A stretch of DNA of 64,000 nt. Origin: Alphaproteobacteria bacterium (GTDB lineage Bacteria; Pseudomonadota; Alphaproteobacteria; UBA8366). The DNA is taken from contig JBFFGE010000003.1 in NCBI GenBank assembly GCA_041557595.1, forward strand, positions 1,656 to 65,655, given 5' to 3'. Every line of letters starts with the position of its first letter. Positions within the stretch are counted from its first letter, which is position 1. Below the pieces are notes generated by a model. That model worked only from the letters and a program-made list of their open reading frames with translations. It searched no databases and was not told where the DNA came from. Positions 39,909 to 47,842 of this stretch are shown here, one piece after another. Made by a program: the position numbers and the translations under genes.

Positions 39909-40006
39909 CCCCTCGGCCTTCGCGGCGTTGCGCTTGTTTGCCCTCTCTAGCGGCCCCCAAATACTCGCCGCTCTAGCGGAGCCGAAATACTCGGGAGTCC
40001 GCTTTC
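39909..40006 (+). repeat. 98-bp dispersed repeat, copy B
   Basis: Direct-orientation copy of 39140-39237, 91 nt downstream of the hsp20 stop. Confidence 0.85.
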
Positions 40007-40109
40007 TCCCGGATTAGGCGCGCGGCTGGCGTGTTGCCAGTGTGCGTTGCCGCGGACTTCCAGAGCCGGATCGTTCGGCATGATCTTCCTCAATGCGAGA
40101 AGATGATTT

Positions 40110-40385
40110 GTGATGGGATTATACCAAATGCGTTGGTTTTCCCGTGCAATCGTATTGGGCTGTTTTTTGTTGCTAATGACGGCTTGCAGTCGAGATGAAA
40201 ATCGAGACCGCTGGTGGCCTGCGCCTGACCCTCTCCCCTTTGATATTGCCTTATTGTGCGGGGAAGCTGGACACATGGTCGCCGAATGGCAGCGGAGGCA
40301 GTATGAGGCGGACGTGAGGCGCGCGGGGTCGGCGATGGTACGCTGCGACCGTCAAGAATCTGCGGGAACGGGCCGGGCGGATTGA
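40110..40385 (+). CDS. hypothetical small lipoprotein
   Basis: 91-aa ORF in the AT-richer islet. Has a signal with a lipobox-like LLMTAC (alternative start ATG 40128). No family recognised. Confidence 0.4.
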   Translation: MMGLYQMRWFSRAIVLGCFLLLMTACSRDENRDRWWPAPDPLPFDIALLCGEAGHMVAEWQRRQYEADVRRAGSAMVRCDRQESAGTGRAD

Positions 40386-40422
40386 AAAGCGGCAGGAAGC
40401 GGCTTGAAAGTAGGAGGGCGGG

Positions 40423-40812
40423 ATGCGCGTGTTAATTGGAGCGATGCTGGTCTATGTCGTCGCTTCAACGCCTGTATCTGCCGAAGAAAAGTCACTCGAT
40501 GAGCGATTGCGGGAACGGCAGCAGGAACGAGAAAAGGCGAAAGAGGTCTTCTTCTGCACGGATACGAACGTTGCGGGCCTCGTGTGGGACAAGAAGAACC
40601 CGCAAGGTGACGGGCGAGTGCAAAAGTTTAACGGTTTTCGCTACACCATGAGGATCAATTCAAAGACAGCGCGTTTGATGACAATCACCGCAGGCGGACG
40701 CGCAGGTCGAGAAGTTTCTCTCCAGCGGCGGTTCAAGCCGGCGTCGTGCAATCCGCCAAAAGAGGACAAGAATGCCGGCGCCAAAGAAAGCGGGAGCAAC
40801 CCAGAACGGTAA
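40423..40812 (+). CDS. hypothetical secreted protein (3' end uncertain)
   Basis: 129-aa ORF with a signal peptide (AST PVSA-EE). The last roughly 50 codons overlap the convergent membrane-protein ORF and look like read-through sequence. Confidence 0.4.
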   Translation: MRVLIGAMLVYVVASTPVSAEEKSLDERLRERQQEREKAKEVFFCTDTNVAGLVWDKKNPQGDGRVQKFNGFRYTMRINSKTARLMTITAGGRAGREVSLQRRFKPASCNPPKEDKNAGAKESGSNPER

Positions 40813-41313
40813 ATCGAGCCAGGCGAAGGGTGTCAGTAACAACGCCCATCCGGGCAAATACTGGCTGATCCAGATCCCGCGCGTAACGACGAAGCGCGGA
40901 TGGGAAAAGGCGTCGGGTATGGGCGGCGCAGGCACGGTCAACTTGCCAAGAGCGAATGTCTCCGCCTGCATCATCGCGGCGTAGATATCGTCTGAAATTG
41001 GAAACCCCTGTAGCCAGAGTCCACCCACGAGCCATCCGACACCAGTGGCGAGCAAGGCCCATTTCCAGACGCCGAGCCGGCCGAACCGGTTGCCGACGCG
41101 CGCGACAAAGCCGGTGATATCCGGCGCGCTCTCCCATTTCCAGCAGGTCAGACCGCTAACGAGGAGGGCGAGGAGCGCAAACCCGGCGGTCCAGTGGGGC
41201 GAGAATGACGTTACGCCGACGACCCAGGGCGCCGCCAAACCGAGCAGCGCCAACGGGACAAGCCGAGCCAATTGCCGGACGATTGGCATTTGAGGAGGCA
41301 TCACCATCTCCAA
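40660..41313 (-). pseudogene. truncated GT-C-fold (ArnT/PMT-like) membrane glycosyltransferase, N-terminal roughly 190 residues only
   Basis: TM helices plus a first-loop pattern SDDIYAAMMQAE...GKL...SQYLPGWALLLTPF...LVLFWRIARRRL resemble the N-terminus of 450-600-aa GT-C enzymes. The ORF then degenerates (ERNFSTCASACGDCHQTRCL) and stops. Confidence 0.4.
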
Positions 41314-41511
41314 ATGTGCGCTCCGACGCGGGTGTTGCCACCTCGCGGTCCACGAGGCCGGTTTCTGTGCATCTCCTTACCGGAAGCGCATTTCGGCGGC
41401 AACCAATGCGGGCTATGTGCCTCTTGCGTCGACGGCCGAGCACGCCAAAACTGCATATTGCCAAACAGCGGGCTCTTTCGGGGAAAATCGGTCGGCAATT
41501 TCGCTGGATCT

Positions 41512-42519
41512 TTACGGATGCGTAAAATCTTCCGCTAGATTATCGGCTCTTTTGCGACGTTCCCACGCCGCTGCGGTTTCGATGATTCCGCCCAGGTTCG
41601 CAATGCGCGGCTCCCAAGAGAGCAACCGCGCGGCACGGCGGGCATCTGCGATTGCTTCGACCGGGTCGCCGGGGCGACGGCTGTCGACATGCCGCGGCAC
41701 CGTCTTGCCTAACACTCGTTCGACCGCCGAAATGACGTCATAGACGGAGTACCCTTTGCCGACGCCGAGGTTTATCGCCGTGGACTCTCCGCCGCTCAAC
41801 AGATAGTCGAGCGTCGCGACATGCGCCTGGGCCAAATCGCTTACATGGATGTAGTCACGAATCGCGGTGCCGTCCGGCGTGTCGTAATCGTCGCCGAAAA
41901 CGGTTAGCGGCTTCGATAGGCCGAATGCGGCGCGAATGGCCAAGGGAACAAGATGCGTTTCCGGGTCGTGGCATTCGCCAAGCTCGCCATCCGGGTCGGC
42001 GCCGGCGGCATTGAAGTATCGCAGGGATGCCCAGCGAAGCCCGCATGTCGCGCCGAAGTCTTCGATCATCCGTTCGCCGATGAGTTTGGAATACGCATAG
42101 GGATTCGTCGGACGGAGGCGATGGTTCTCGCGGATCGGCGTGGTCTCCGGATTGCCATAAATCGATGCGGTGCTCGAGAAAACCAGGGCGGAAACCTTCG
42201 CCTTTCGTATCGCTCGGAGCAGCGTGTGGGTCCCGAGCACATTGTTTTCATAGTATTTCTGTGGATTGGCGACCGAATCACCGGCATCGATATAGGCGGC
42301 GAAATGCATCACGGCGTCCGGTTTGTATTTTTGCAGAACCTCGGCCAATCGGGACGCGTCGCGCACATTCCCCTCTTCGAGCGCGCCCCATTTCACGAAG
42401 TCGCAGTCGCCGGATTCCAGGCTGTCATAAACGACAGGGTCGTGCGCCGCCCGTGCGAGCGCTTTGCATGTATGGCTACCGATATAGCCGGCGCCACCGG
42501 TTACGAGAACGCGTGCCAT
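41512..42519 (-). CDS. galE: UDP-glucose 4-epimerase
   Basis: 335 aa with Rossmann VTGGAGYIGSH and catalytic YAYSK. Confidence 0.92.
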   Translation of the reverse strand: MARVLVTGGAGYIGSHTCKALARAAHDPVVYDSLESGDCDFVKWGALEEGNVRDASRLAEVLQKYKPDAVMHFAAYIDAGDSVANPQKYYENNVLGTHTLLRAIRKAKVSALVFSSTASIYGNPETTPIRENHRLRPTNPYAYSKLIGERMIEDFGATCGLRWASLRYFNAAGADPDGELGECHDPETHLVPLAIRAAFGLSKPLTVFGDDYDTPDGTAIRDYIHVSDLAQAHVATLDYLLSGGESTAINLGVGKGYSVYDVISAVERVLGKTVPRHVDSRRPGDPVEAIADARRAARLLSWEPRIANLGGIIETAAAWERRKRADNLAEDFTHP

Positions 42520-42815
42520 AGACCCTCACGACTGAAATTCGGTGGCTTGATCAGCCCAGGGATAGCAATAGTAAGATGTGCGGACCTGAAAAATACAGTG
42601 GGCTAAAGGTTTAGCCATCACGAGGGGCCAATTGCATCGCCGATGGATCGGACACCGCCCATACCCGGCATGGAGTCAATTCTTGATGGCGGTCCGGAAT
42701 GACACCGTCACGCGCGCGGCGCGAAGGGTGGGCCATTCGGGCCGAGGCGGGTTCCCGGCTTGAATTTTCGGTAGGGGCGGTCGCGCGGGTCTAGCGGGCA
42801 TCCGCCCGGTTCGAA

Positions 42816-45587
42816 TTAGACGGACATCGCCATTTTCTCGATCCGCGCGGCGCAGTACTTGAATTCGGGGATCTTGCCGAAGGGGTCGACCTGCGGATTG
42901 GTCAGCATATTCGCCGGCGCTTCCGAAAAGCAGAATGGAATGAAGATCATGCCGTCCGCGACGTCGCGATCGGCGCGCGCCTTGAGCGTTATGGCGCCGC
43001 GCCGGGTGGCGACGGTAATCATGTCGCCGGCGGTAATGCCGAGCCGCGCCATTTCCCGGGGATTGAGGCCGGCGATCGCCTCCGGCTCCAGTTGGTCGAG
43101 AGTCGCCGCGCGGCGGGTCATCGATCCGGTATGCCAATGCTCCAGCAGGCGGCCCGTCGTCAGCACGAACGGGAAATCGTCGTCCGGCATTTCGTCCGGC
43201 GGCAGCAGGTCGGTGGGGACGATCTTGGCCCGGCCCGACACCGTGGGGAACGATTGCGCAAACATGATCTCGTTGCCCGGTTTGTCGGGCGCGTCGCAGG
43301 GATAGGTAACCGCGTCCTCGCGGAGCAGGCGGTCCCAGGTAATGTTGTTGAGCGAGGGCATGACCTCGGCCATTTCGGCGAAGACCTCCGATACCTGGGC
43401 GTAGGGCCAGTCCAATCCGATGCGCCGTGCGATCTCGGTAATCAGCTCCCAGTCCTGCCGCGCCTGTCCGGGCGGATCGATAACCGGGCGGGCGAGCTGT
43501 ACCTCGCGGTTGGTGTTGGTGAAGGTGCCCCATTTTTCCGCATGGGCGGACGCGGGCAGGATCACATCGGCATGCCAGGCGGTTTCGGTCAGGAAAATAT
43601 CCTGCACGACGAGGTGCTCCAGCGCGGCGAGCGCTTCGCGGGCGTGCTGCACATCGGGGTCGGACATGGCGGGGTTTTCGCCCAGAATATACATGCCCTT
43701 GATCTTGCCGTCGTTGATCGCATGCATGATCTCGACAACGGTCAGGCCTTTCACGGGATCGAGCGTCGTGCCCCAGAATTCCTCGAACCGGGCGCGGATG
43801 TCATCGTCTTCGACGGATTGATAGTCCGGAAAGACCATCGGGATCAGGCCGGCGTCGGACGCCCCTTGCACGTTGTTTTGACCGCGCAGCGGATGCAGGC
43901 CGGTGCCGGGGCGGCCGATTTGCCCGGTCGTTAAGGCGAGAGCGATCAGGCATCTGGCGTTGTCCGTGCCGTGCGTGTGTTGCGATATGCCCATGCCCCA
44001 GAAGATGATGGACCGTTCCGATTTGGCGTAGAGGCGCGCGATCTCGCGGATTTTGTCGGCCGGAATATCGCAGACCGCCTGCATGTCTTCGGGCGAAAAA
44101 TCGCGGACCTTTTCCTTGAGCGCTTCGAAACCTTCCGTATGCGCCTGGATGTACTGGATGTCGTACAGGTCTTCCTCGACGATGGTGTGGAGCATGGCGT
44201 TGAGAAGCGCCACGTCCCGGCCGGGCTTGAATTGCAGGATATGATCGGCATAGCGCGCGATGCCCTGGTTCTGGCCGCGCGGATCCATGACGACGAGTTG
44301 GGCGCCCCGGTCCGCGGCATTCTTGAGGAAGGTCGCGGCGACGGGATGATTTTCGGCCGGCCGCGCGCCGATAACGATGATGCAATCGGAATCCTTTGCC
44401 GCCGTAAACGGGGCCGTTACCGCGCCGGAGTTGAGGCCTTCCATCAACGCCGCGACGGAAGACGCATGGCACAGCCGGGTGCAATGATCGACATTGTTGG
44501 TCTCGAAGCCCTGCCGAATGAGTTTCTGGAACAGATAGGCTTCTTCGTTCGAACCTTTCGCGGAGCCGAATCCGGCGATCGCCTTGCCGCCGTCGCGATG
44601 ATGGATTTCCGTCAGGCCCGACGCGGCGAGGGCGAGCGCCTCTTCCCAGCTTGCCTCGCGGAACACTTGCGCCCAATCGCTCGCCTCGAGGCGCATGTTG
44701 GCGTCTTTGGCGACGCCCTCTTTGCGAATAAGCGGCGTCTTCAGTCGGTCGGGGTGATGAATGTAGTCGAAGCCGAAGCGCCCTTTGACGCAGAGCCGGT
44801 TCTCGTTCGCCGGTCCATCGCGGCCATCGACGTAGAGGATCTTGTTGTCCTTTACGTGCACCGTTGTCTGGCAACCGACACCGCAATACGGGCACAGCGT
44901 ATCGACACTCTTGTCTTCGAAGGCGATGCGTTTGCCGGATTTCTCGTCGATGAGGCTGCGTTCCATGAGCGCGCCGGTCGGACACGCCTGTACGCACTCG
45001 CCGCAGGCGACACAGGTGCTGTCGCCCATGCCTTCATCGAAGTCGAAGACGACCTTTGCCTGATGGCCGCGATACGCCATGCCGATGACGTCGTTCATCT
45101 GCACTTCGCGGCAGGCCCGGACGCACAGACCGCAATTGATGCAGGCGTCGAGGTTTACGGCGATCGCGGAATGGCTGTAGTCGGCGGCGGGTTTTCGGTC
45201 CGACGGGTAGCGGCTCGTAGGCTCGATCTCCATCGATGCGACCCAATCCCAAAACTTGGATTTCGGGTCGTGGCTTTCGGGCTGCTGCGGCTGATCGGCG
45301 AGCAGCAGTTCGAAAACCATCTTGCGCGCCTTTTTCGCCCGATCCGTCGCCGTTTTGACTTTCATTCCGGCGGAGACCTTGCGTTGGCACGACGCCGCCA
45401 GGACGCGCTCGCCCTCGACTTCGACCATGCAGGCGCGGCAATTGCCGTCGGCGCGGTATCCGGGCTCCGGTTGCCAGCAAAGATGCGGTATCGTTTCGCC
45501 CTGGCGTTGCGCCGCTTGCCAAATGGTCTCGTCCGGATCCGCTTCGACGTCGCGGCCGTTCAATTCAAATGTAATCTTTTTCTTCAT
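42816..45587 (-). CDS. fdsA: NAD-dependent formate dehydrogenase, molybdopterin catalytic alpha subunit (Cys type)
   Basis: 923 aa from MKKKITFELNG. N-terminal 2Fe-2S/4Fe-4S Cys clusters, molybdopterin domain with VDHCTRLCHASSV (Cys at the Sec/Cys position) and HPLRGQNNVQGA. No in-frame stop. Confidence 0.93.
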   Translation of the reverse strand: MKKKITFELNGRDVEADPDETIWQAAQRQGETIPHLCWQPEPGYRADGNCRACMVEVEGERVLAASCQRKVSAGMKVKTATDRAKKARKMVFELLLADQPQQPESHDPKSKFWDWVASMEIEPTSRYPSDRKPAADYSHSAIAVNLDACINCGLCVRACREVQMNDVIGMAYRGHQAKVVFDFDEGMGDSTCVACGECVQACPTGALMERSLIDEKSGKRIAFEDKSVDTLCPYCGVGCQTTVHVKDNKILYVDGRDGPANENRLCVKGRFGFDYIHHPDRLKTPLIRKEGVAKDANMRLEASDWAQVFREASWEEALALAASGLTEIHHRDGGKAIAGFGSAKGSNEEAYLFQKLIRQGFETNNVDHCTRLCHASSVAALMEGLNSGAVTAPFTAAKDSDCIIVIGARPAENHPVAATFLKNAADRGAQLVVMDPRGQNQGIARYADHILQFKPGRDVALLNAMLHTIVEEDLYDIQYIQAHTEGFEALKEKVRDFSPEDMQAVCDIPADKIREIARLYAKSERSIIFWGMGISQHTHGTDNARCLIALALTTGQIGRPGTGLHPLRGQNNVQGASDAGLIPMVFPDYQSVEDDDIRARFEEFWGTTLDPVKGLTVVEIMHAINDGKIKGMYILGENPAMSDPDVQHAREALAALEHLVVQDIFLTETAWHADVILPASAHAEKWGTFTNTNREVQLARPVIDPPGQARQDWELITEIARRIGLDWPYAQVSEVFAEMAEVMPSLNNITWDRLLREDAVTYPCDAPDKPGNEIMFAQSFPTVSGRAKIVPTDLLPPDEMPDDDFPFVLTTGRLLEHWHTGSMTRRAATLDQLEPEAIAGLNPREMARLGITAGDMITVATRRGAITLKARADRDVADGMIFIPFCFSEAPANMLTNPQVDPFGKIPEFKYCAARIEKMAMSV

Positions 45588-45637
45588 CTTGCGCTCCGCG
45601 CATTGCCGTCGACGGTCGGGAATTGGATGCAGCCATG

Positions 45638-47323
45638 TTATTTCAGGTCGTCCGGAAAGTATCGTAATGCGCTCAGGAGTGGGTTCGGGGCGGCTTGCCC
45701 CAAACCGCAAATCGACGCTTCGGCCATGACCTCGGCGAGGTCGCGAAGAAGTTCTTCGTCCCAATCCGGCCGGGTCATGAGCTGCACGGCTTTCGACGTT
45801 CCGTTGCGGCACGGCGTGCATTGTCCGCAGCTTTCATCCTCGAAGAAGCGCATGAGGTTGAGGGCGGCATCCCTGATGTTGTCCTGGTCGGACAGGAAGA
45901 CCACCGCGTGGCTGCCGACGAAGCAGCCGTGTTTTTCGAGCGTTCCGAAGTCCAGGGGAATGTTTGCCAAATCGGCGGGGAGAATGCCGCCGGAAGCCCC
46001 GCCGGGAAGATAGCCTTTAAGCGTATGACCGTCCGCCATGCCGCCGGAAGCGGCGAGAAGGTCTTCCGCGGTCGAACCCGCCGGCATCAGCTTGACGCCC
46101 GGCGTCTTCACGCGGCCCGAAACCGAATAGGTGCGCAATCCCTTCGCGCCATTCTTGCCCTGCGTCGCAAACCATTCGGCGCCGTTTTCGATGATCGCCG
46201 GGACCCAGTAAAGCGTCTCGACGTTGTTGACCAGGGTCGGCCGGTCGAAGACGCCGACCTGCGCAACATAGGGCGGTCGATGGCGGGGGAGGCCGCGCTT
46301 GCCCTCGATGCTCTCGATCATCGCGCTTTCTTCACCGCAGATGTAGGCGCCGGCGCCGCGTCGAAGATGGACTTTCGTGTGGTCGACCAGCCCCGCATTT
46401 TTGGCCGCCGAGATCTCGCATTTGAGGATCGCCAGGACGGCCGGGTATTCGTCGCGGATGTACAGGAAGACTTCCTCGGCCTCGACGGCCCAGGCGGCGA
46501 TCAGCATGCCTTCGAGAAATTTGTGCGGTTCGGTCTCCAGGAAATGGCGATCCTTGAAGGTTCCCGGCTCGCCCTCGTCTCCGTTGACGGCCATCAGGCG
46601 CGGACCCTCGGTGTCGCGCACCAGGCCCCACTTTCTGCCGGTCGGAAAGCCTGCCCCTCCCAGACCGCGCAGGCCGCCGTCCGAAAGGGTCGCAATGACG
46701 TCGTCGACGCTTCTCGCGCCATCGAGGCAACTCTCGAGAACGCCGTACCCGCCGCCCGCGCGGTAGGTTTCGTAGTCCTGATAGTGCGGCATCTCGGGAT
46801 GGACATCCCCCGCCGCCGCGAGGGTCTGTACGGTCTCAACGGTCGCATGGGGGACATGGCGATGTCCGATCTCGCAGACCGGCGCCTGATGGCAGGCCCC
46901 CATACAGGGTGCGCGAACCAAGCGAACGCCCGCCAAGTCGGCGGCCGCGAGGTCACGATGCAGTTCTTCGGCGCCGGCAAGTGCGCAGCTAAGACTGTCG
47001 CACACGCGCACCGTGGTCGGCGCCGGCCGCTCGGCGCCGTCGGGCACGACATCGAAATGCGCGTAAAACGTGGCGACTTCGTACACCTCCGCCATCGGGA
47101 TGCGCAGAAGTTCGGCGAGGCTGTGCAGATGCGATGCGGGCAAGCATTTTTCCGCATCCTGGATCAGGTGCAGATATTCGATCAACAACGCGCGTTCAAA
47201 GGGGCCGTCGCCGATCAGCGCACGGACGGAGTCGATTTCGGTCTCTTTGGCGACCCGGCCTTTCGGGTGGAGGAGCGCCTTACGTCGGCCCGCGCCGGGA
47301 TGTACTGAAGAGTCACCGGCCAT
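45638..47323 (-). CDS. fdsB: formate dehydrogenase diaphorase subunit, fused NuoE-like (FdsG) + NuoF-like (FdsB) domains
   Basis: 561 aa. The N-terminal roughly 150 aa are a thioredoxin-like 2Fe-2S module (CDSLSC...CMGAC). This is followed by the NuoF-type FMN/NAD module (GLRGLGGAGFPTGRKW, ESCGQCTPCR). Confidence 0.88.
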   Translation of the reverse strand: MAGDSSVHPGAGRRKALLHPKGRVAKETEIDSVRALIGDGPFERALLIEYLHLIQDAEKCLPASHLHSLAELLRIPMAEVYEVATFYAHFDVVPDGAERPAPTTVRVCDSLSCALAGAEELHRDLAAADLAGVRLVRAPCMGACHQAPVCEIGHRHVPHATVETVQTLAAAGDVHPEMPHYQDYETYRAGGGYGVLESCLDGARSVDDVIATLSDGGLRGLGGAGFPTGRKWGLVRDTEGPRLMAVNGDEGEPGTFKDRHFLETEPHKFLEGMLIAAWAVEAEEVFLYIRDEYPAVLAILKCEISAAKNAGLVDHTKVHLRRGAGAYICGEESAMIESIEGKRGLPRHRPPYVAQVGVFDRPTLVNNVETLYWVPAIIENGAEWFATQGKNGAKGLRTYSVSGRVKTPGVKLMPAGSTAEDLLAASGGMADGHTLKGYLPGGASGGILPADLANIPLDFGTLEKHGCFVGSHAVVFLSDQDNIRDAALNLMRFFEDESCGQCTPCRNGTSKAVQLMTRPDWDEELLRDLAEVMAEASICGLGQAAPNPLLSALRYFPDDLK

Positions 47324-47412
47324 GCTTGTTTGCCCCAGAATACCATTTCATATGCGCGAGCCATCTGCGCAGTGACGTCTACTGTCGAACGAACTTGTTG
47401 CTGACCCAGGTA

Positions 47413-47434
47413 GCATACGGATTTGGGTATACCA
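47413..47434. promoter_or_regulatory. operator-like motif, split variant GCATACGG-ATTTGG-GTATACCA, upstream of fdsB
   Basis: Same half-elements as the site at 47661-47676 with a 6-nt insertion. Lies 90-111 nt from the fdsB start. Confidence 0.45.
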
Positions 47435-47660
47435 TATGCCTAAATGACGCACCTGTCGACAGGCGCGGGTGTGTGCCGGGCGTGCACGGCGGATGCAAAA
47501 GGCCGGATGCCGCCGGCAAAACTTGCAACGTGCGGCGGTGTATCGTTCACAGGTCAGCTAAGCAAAATGTGACGGTTTAACAATCGCAAGGGTCGGCCTG
47601 AATCCATCTATGGTGGATAAAGCAGCGTCTAAAATCCGTCTTGCGACGGTCATCATATTT

Positions 47661-47676
47661 GCATACGGTATACCAA
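47661..47676. promoter_or_regulatory. operator-like motif GCATACGGTATACCAA upstream of tctC
   Basis: Matches GCATAC-N4-TACCAA. Related copies are at 51128-51143 and 60187-60202 (reverse orientation). Confidence 0.5.
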
Positions 47677-47842
47677 ACCCTCGCGGTTTCCGAAGTGACG
47701 CAGACATTGCCGCACCGGAAAAAGTCAACGGTTTGCCGACCTTCAAGCGAGGGATGGTTGAGCGATCGGTCGGAAGGCGCCGCAAGAGCAGCCGGATCGG
47801 TAACACGGCATAAACAAAACAAATTTCACGGAGGAAGCGTCA

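Noticed and set aside
39280-40276. Minus-strand ORFs 39280-39504 (74 aa) and 39947-40276 (109 aa) in the islet.
   Set aside because: The first overlaps the hsp20 start and promoter. The second runs through repeat copy B and overlaps the plus-strand lipoprotein ORF. Neither has an SD, a signal or recognisable motifs.
42780-42818. CCCGGTTCGAATTAGACGG resembles the tRNA-Ala T-arm (GGGGTTCGATTCCCCACGG) and could have been the distal att repeat of a tRNA-targeted island.
   Set aside because: The match is only about 9 contiguous nucleotides and sits at the fdsA stop codon. That is too short and too degenerate to call without a computed alignment.
42816-45587. Possible selenocysteine (in-frame TGA) in the formate dehydrogenase alpha subunit.
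   Set aside because: The ORF is uninterrupted, and the position aligned with Sec in FdhH-type enzymes is Cys (RLCHASSV). It is therefore a Cys-type enzyme with no recoding.
47558-47822. Three mutually overlapping 67-82-aa ORFs in the fdsB/tctC divergent region.
   Set aside because: They overlap each other on both strands, lack SD sequences and signal or domain features, and cover the operator-like motifs. The region is better explained as a 520-bp regulatory spacer.
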